From: an uncultured Candidatus Saccharibacteria bacterium
Lineage (GTDB): Bacteria > Patescibacteriota > Minisyncoccia > Phycocordibacterales > JAACPR01
NCBI GenBank assembly: GCA_964538855.1
Contig: CAZIEY010000003.1
Location: forward strand, 34,435-98,434
Direction: 5' to 3'
DNA length: 64,000 nt
The first letter of the stretch is position 1. Every line of letters begins with the position of its first letter. This document shows, one piece after another, positions 60,967 to 64,000 of the stretch. A program made the translations under genes and the position numbers. Below the pieces are notes generated by a model, which saw only the letters and a list, made by a program, of their open reading frames with translations, did no database searches and was not told the DNA's origin.

Positions 60967-61678
60967 TTAAATAATTTTTAGGTAACGTGATGTGGAACTT
61001 TGTTCCCAATCCGACACTCGTTTTGATGTGAAGTGTTCCACCTAAATCATCTTGAATGAGTCTATTGGTATTCATAAGTCCGACGCCGCAACCGGTGCTC
61101 TTGGTACTACATGTTGTAGTAAAGAGATTTTTTAAGATTACTTTTGGAATTCCCGTGGCGTTGTCTGTGATTATAATCGATATGCCTTTGCGGCTACTGT
61201 AGGTTGAAATAGTTACTGTTTTGTTTTTTCTATGAGGGATTTTATCGAATGCCTCGAGCGCGTTTCCGATAATGTTGATGAGGATTTGGTATATTTTGAG
61301 TCGATTTATTGTAAGAGTAATTGAGGGGATTCTTTGCACAGTAATTATTTTTACTCCGTTTTTAATCGCTTTATGACCCAAAAGAGAAGTGATGTGAGAG
61401 AGTACCTCTTGCAAATTAACTTGCTCCTGCTCTTTCACGATTGAAAATGAGTCCCGCAAAACCTCGATGTATTTTCTAATGTGTTCGCTGGTTTTGTGGA
61501 TAGGAATAAGGAAATCTTTTAATGTATCGTTGTGCAGAGATTCCAAATACAACATGAGACCGTTGATAGGGTTTATCAAGTCGTGCAGCAATCCGCATGA
61601 TATTTGTTCCATTTCATGCGATGCAAACAATTTCGACGGGGAGGGTTTTATGGAATGGGTAAGAGTTGCGTGTCGCAT
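60956..61678 (-). CDS. histidine kinase lacking a sensor domain
   Basis: H-box LLHDLINP, N-box NIIGNALEA, DNATGI, GCGVGL. Confidence 0.85.
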   Translation of the reverse strand: MRHATLTHSIKPSPSKLFASHEMEQISCGLLHDLINPINGLMLYLESLHNDTLKDFLIPIHKTSEHIRKYIEVLRDSFSIVKEQEQVNLQEVLSHITSLLGHKAIKNGVKIITVQRIPSITLTINRLKIYQILINIIGNALEAFDKIPHRKNKTVTISTYSSRKGISIIITDNATGIPKVILKNLFTTTCSTKSTGCGVGLMNTNRLIQDDLGGTLHIKTSVGLGTKFHITLPKNYLINH

Positions 61679-61689
61679 GGTTTTAATTA

Positions 61690-62361
61690 TTATTGAGGTG
61701 AAGAAATCTTATACCCACGTCCCGCAATATTTTTGATGAGTCGTTTGTTTGTATCCCCAATCTTTTTTCGTAAATTCATGATGTGGGATTCAATAGTATT
61801 TGAAAATGGGTCAGTTTGATTATTCCATACGTGCTCCATAATGTGTGCACGTGAAATGACTTTGTTTTCATGCTTCATAAATAGTTCAAGAAGGGCGAAT
61901 TCTTTGCGAGTGAGTGTGATACGTCTGTTCTTTTTAGACACCTCTTGGGTAGCAGTGTTCAATTTTACATCAGCAATTTTTAAAATAGCATCCACCATTT
62001 TGTGTGGACGCCTTGTGACTGCATTAATTCTCGCAACTAATTCTTCGAACGAAAACGGTTTAGTGAGGTAATCGTCCGCTCCGGAATTCAGAAGATCGAT
62101 TTTCGTCAATACTTCTGATTTTCCCGAAAGCATAATGATCGGAGTTCCGATCTGCGCATTCCGTATATCGGTACAAATTTCTCGTCCCATTTTCTCGGGT
62201 AAGACGTTATCAATAATAATCACATCGTACTGATTAATTCGAGCTAGGTAAGACCCCATCTCACCGTTGTCTGCTTCATCAATTGCAAAAGATTTGGCTG
62301 TAAGTCCCATGCGAAGGACATTTCGTATCGAATTATCATCTTCAATAAGTAACGCTTTCAT
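61690..62361 (-). CDS. OmpR/PhoB-family response regulator
   Basis: LLIEDD, IIDNVLP, GADDYLTKPF, LRKKI, GRGY. Confidence 0.93.
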   Translation of the reverse strand: MKALLIEDDNSIRNVLRMGLTAKSFAIDEADNGEMGSYLARINQYDVIIIDNVLPEKMGREICTDIRNAQIGTPIIMLSGKSEVLTKIDLLNSGADDYLTKPFSFEELVARINAVTRRPHKMVDAILKIADVKLNTATQEVSKKNRRITLTRKEFALLELFMKHENKVISRAHIMEHVWNNQTDPFSNTIESHIMNLRKKIGDTNKRLIKNIAGRGYKISSPQ

Positions 62362-62466
62362 TTCAGAGTATCTTATACTTTTCTTGAAATTCGTCAAATT
62401 CTCACTAGTTGAGAAGGTGTGGGTGAGACTTTAGACTTTCTTCATTCTTTCTGTACCACTTTGCAA

Positions 62467-63633
62467 TTAAAGCGTATCTTTGAGATTGAGACTGTAACGA
62501 ATACCCACAATCATAATAAAACCGAGCAGAATGAACATCGTCGAAATATCGAAACGGTTAAGGAAAACAGATGCAATTACTGGTGAAATGATGTATGCGA
62601 GCGGTAGCGTGGCACGATATGCACTCATGATGTTGCTATTTTGATCCCCAATTTTTTTAAAGAGATACGTTTCGGTCATTACCTCGATCATGCTTGCGCC
62701 AATTCGTGTCATGAAAAGAATAGCTACCCATACGTATATAATCTGCGCTCCATAAAGCCCCATAACGATAGTGCTGAGGCCTGTGATAAGAAATCCGGCC
62801 GTTAAAATTTCCTTTTGACCCCAGAATTTGTCCGATATCTTACCCCAAAATGCCTGAGTAAGCACAAAAGGAATGAGTGCGATTCCCATGATAGTTCCAA
62901 CGGCACCGAGATCAAATCCGATGTACTCGTGGAGGAAAATCGGTGTGTAAATTACCATCCATGTATAGAAAAAGTTTAAAAGAAATGCGCAGATAAAAAT
63001 TCTCTTCAAATCAAGGTTGCGCGAAATGATATTTAATGTACCGAGCATATTGTTTTTGGAATATACAGGGTCTTTAAATGTACGAAAACGTATAATCGTT
63101 GTAATGATAACGGGTAGTAATAGTAATGCGCCGAGAATGTAGACTCGTCCAGCATTTGAGATATCGTCTATGAGTAGACCTCCAACAAGAGGTCCGATGA
63201 TAAAAGCGAGATTGAGCGCAGTTAAAAATATCCCACGTATACCACCAGTTTCGCTATTTTTGGAAATATGCTCGAGAAAGATATCCAAGTTTAAGAATCC
63301 AATTACATGACAAATAGAACTTGCGAGGTATATGCCGACAAAGAGGAGGCTGTAATCCCGAACATTATCGATGAAAAGGGTGAGGGATAGTGCTATATAG
63401 CAGAAGAATGTGATACAAAGTGCCCCCAGAAAAATTTTGTAGTTTCCGAATCTCCGCAACCAATTATTGATATGAAATAATATGGTAAGCGATAAGATTG
63501 AACCAAATGTGTACACGTAGCCAAGTGATTCTGTACCGGTAAATTGTTCGAGGAAGCTCGAGTTAACGAAATACGCTGGCGTCAGATGGAGGGTAAATAA
63601 AAAAGCGAGTATGTACACAGTTAACTTATGCAT
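62467..63633 (-). CDS. MFS transporter
   Basis: About twelve TM helices; WGKISDKFWGQK motif-A-like segment. Confidence 0.85.
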   Translation of the reverse strand: MHKLTVYILAFLFTLHLTPAYFVNSSFLEQFTGTESLGYVYTFGSILSLTILFHINNWLRRFGNYKIFLGALCITFFCYIALSLTLFIDNVRDYSLLFVGIYLASSICHVIGFLNLDIFLEHISKNSETGGIRGIFLTALNLAFIIGPLVGGLLIDDISNAGRVYILGALLLLPVIITTIIRFRTFKDPVYSKNNMLGTLNIISRNLDLKRIFICAFLLNFFYTWMVIYTPIFLHEYIGFDLGAVGTIMGIALIPFVLTQAFWGKISDKFWGQKEILTAGFLITGLSTIVMGLYGAQIIYVWVAILFMTRIGASMIEVMTETYLFKKIGDQNSNIMSAYRATLPLAYIISPVIASVFLNRFDISTMFILLGFIMIVGIRYSLNLKDTL

Positions 63634-63672
63634 AACTCGCTTTATTATACCAAATGAATTGGTGGGTTCGGT

Positions 63673-64000
63673 CTACATCCCGAGTAATACTGGGATAACC
63701 AAAGGTTGTTTCGAAGTCTCTTGCAACAAATATTTACTGAGTTCTGCCGAAAGATTTTTTCGAAGTTTGTCGAAGTCTACCTGACCGTTTGCTTTGCGAA
63801 TACTGTCTTCGATTACACGACGCACCAAAAATCGGCTCGTTCGAAGTAATTCTTGAGACTCACGCAAATAGACGAAACCGCGGGAAATAATGTCCGGTGA
63901 TTTTTTGAGTTTACCTGTTTTTATGTTGATACTTGCAACGACTACGAAAATTCCAGCCGCAGAAAGCAACTGTCGATCCTCGATCACAACGTCTTGAATA
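63673..64000 (-). CDS. rnj: ribonuclease J, C-terminal part (truncated by window end)
   Basis: DRQLLSAAG, PDIISRGFVY, PLVIPV. Confidence 0.88.
   Translation of the reverse strand, partial: IQDVVIEDRQLLSAAGIFVVVASINIKTGKLKKSPDIISRGFVYLRESQELLRTSRFLVRRVIEDSIRKANGQVDFDKLRKNLSAELSKYLLQETSKQPLVIPVLLGM

Overview
This 64 kb AT-rich, gene-dense window uses the standard bacterial code. Gene content and style suggest a Patescibacteria (CPR/Parcubacteria-like) chromosome; that assignment is an inference. The left half holds a MYG1 hydrolase, a type IV pilin/pilD cluster, ligA, gatCA, five tRNA genes, surface proteins, murI, a shortened prfB, ftsEX, pyrG, a glycoside hydrolase cluster, def, an aminopeptidase and an ABC-F ATPase. 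The 35.8-55.2 kb region is an expanded Liv-type ABC transporter locus. One livH/livM/livG/livF set is split apart by seven LivJ-type binding proteins, five TrmB-family regulators (each divergently paired with a binding-protein unit), two cupins, a GNAT, a DinJ/YafQ-like TA pair and two NYN nucleases. The right end has YibE/F, an ATP-grasp enzyme, a PIF1-like helicase, hisS, a two-component pair, an MFS transporter and a partial rnj. Four observations are the best candidates for novelty. (1) Both NYN RNase genes share an upstream box and are followed by a convergent near-consensus promoter driving a roughly 50-nt hairpin RNA, a possible RNA-antitoxin system. (2) The TrmB-binding protein cassette array. 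(3) A two-copy structured element with a conserved covarying core, closed by perfect 27-29 bp inverted repeats that differ at each locus. (4) Pervasive leaderless promoters together with an atypical initiator tRNA. All calls were made by eye from motifs; no database searches were run.
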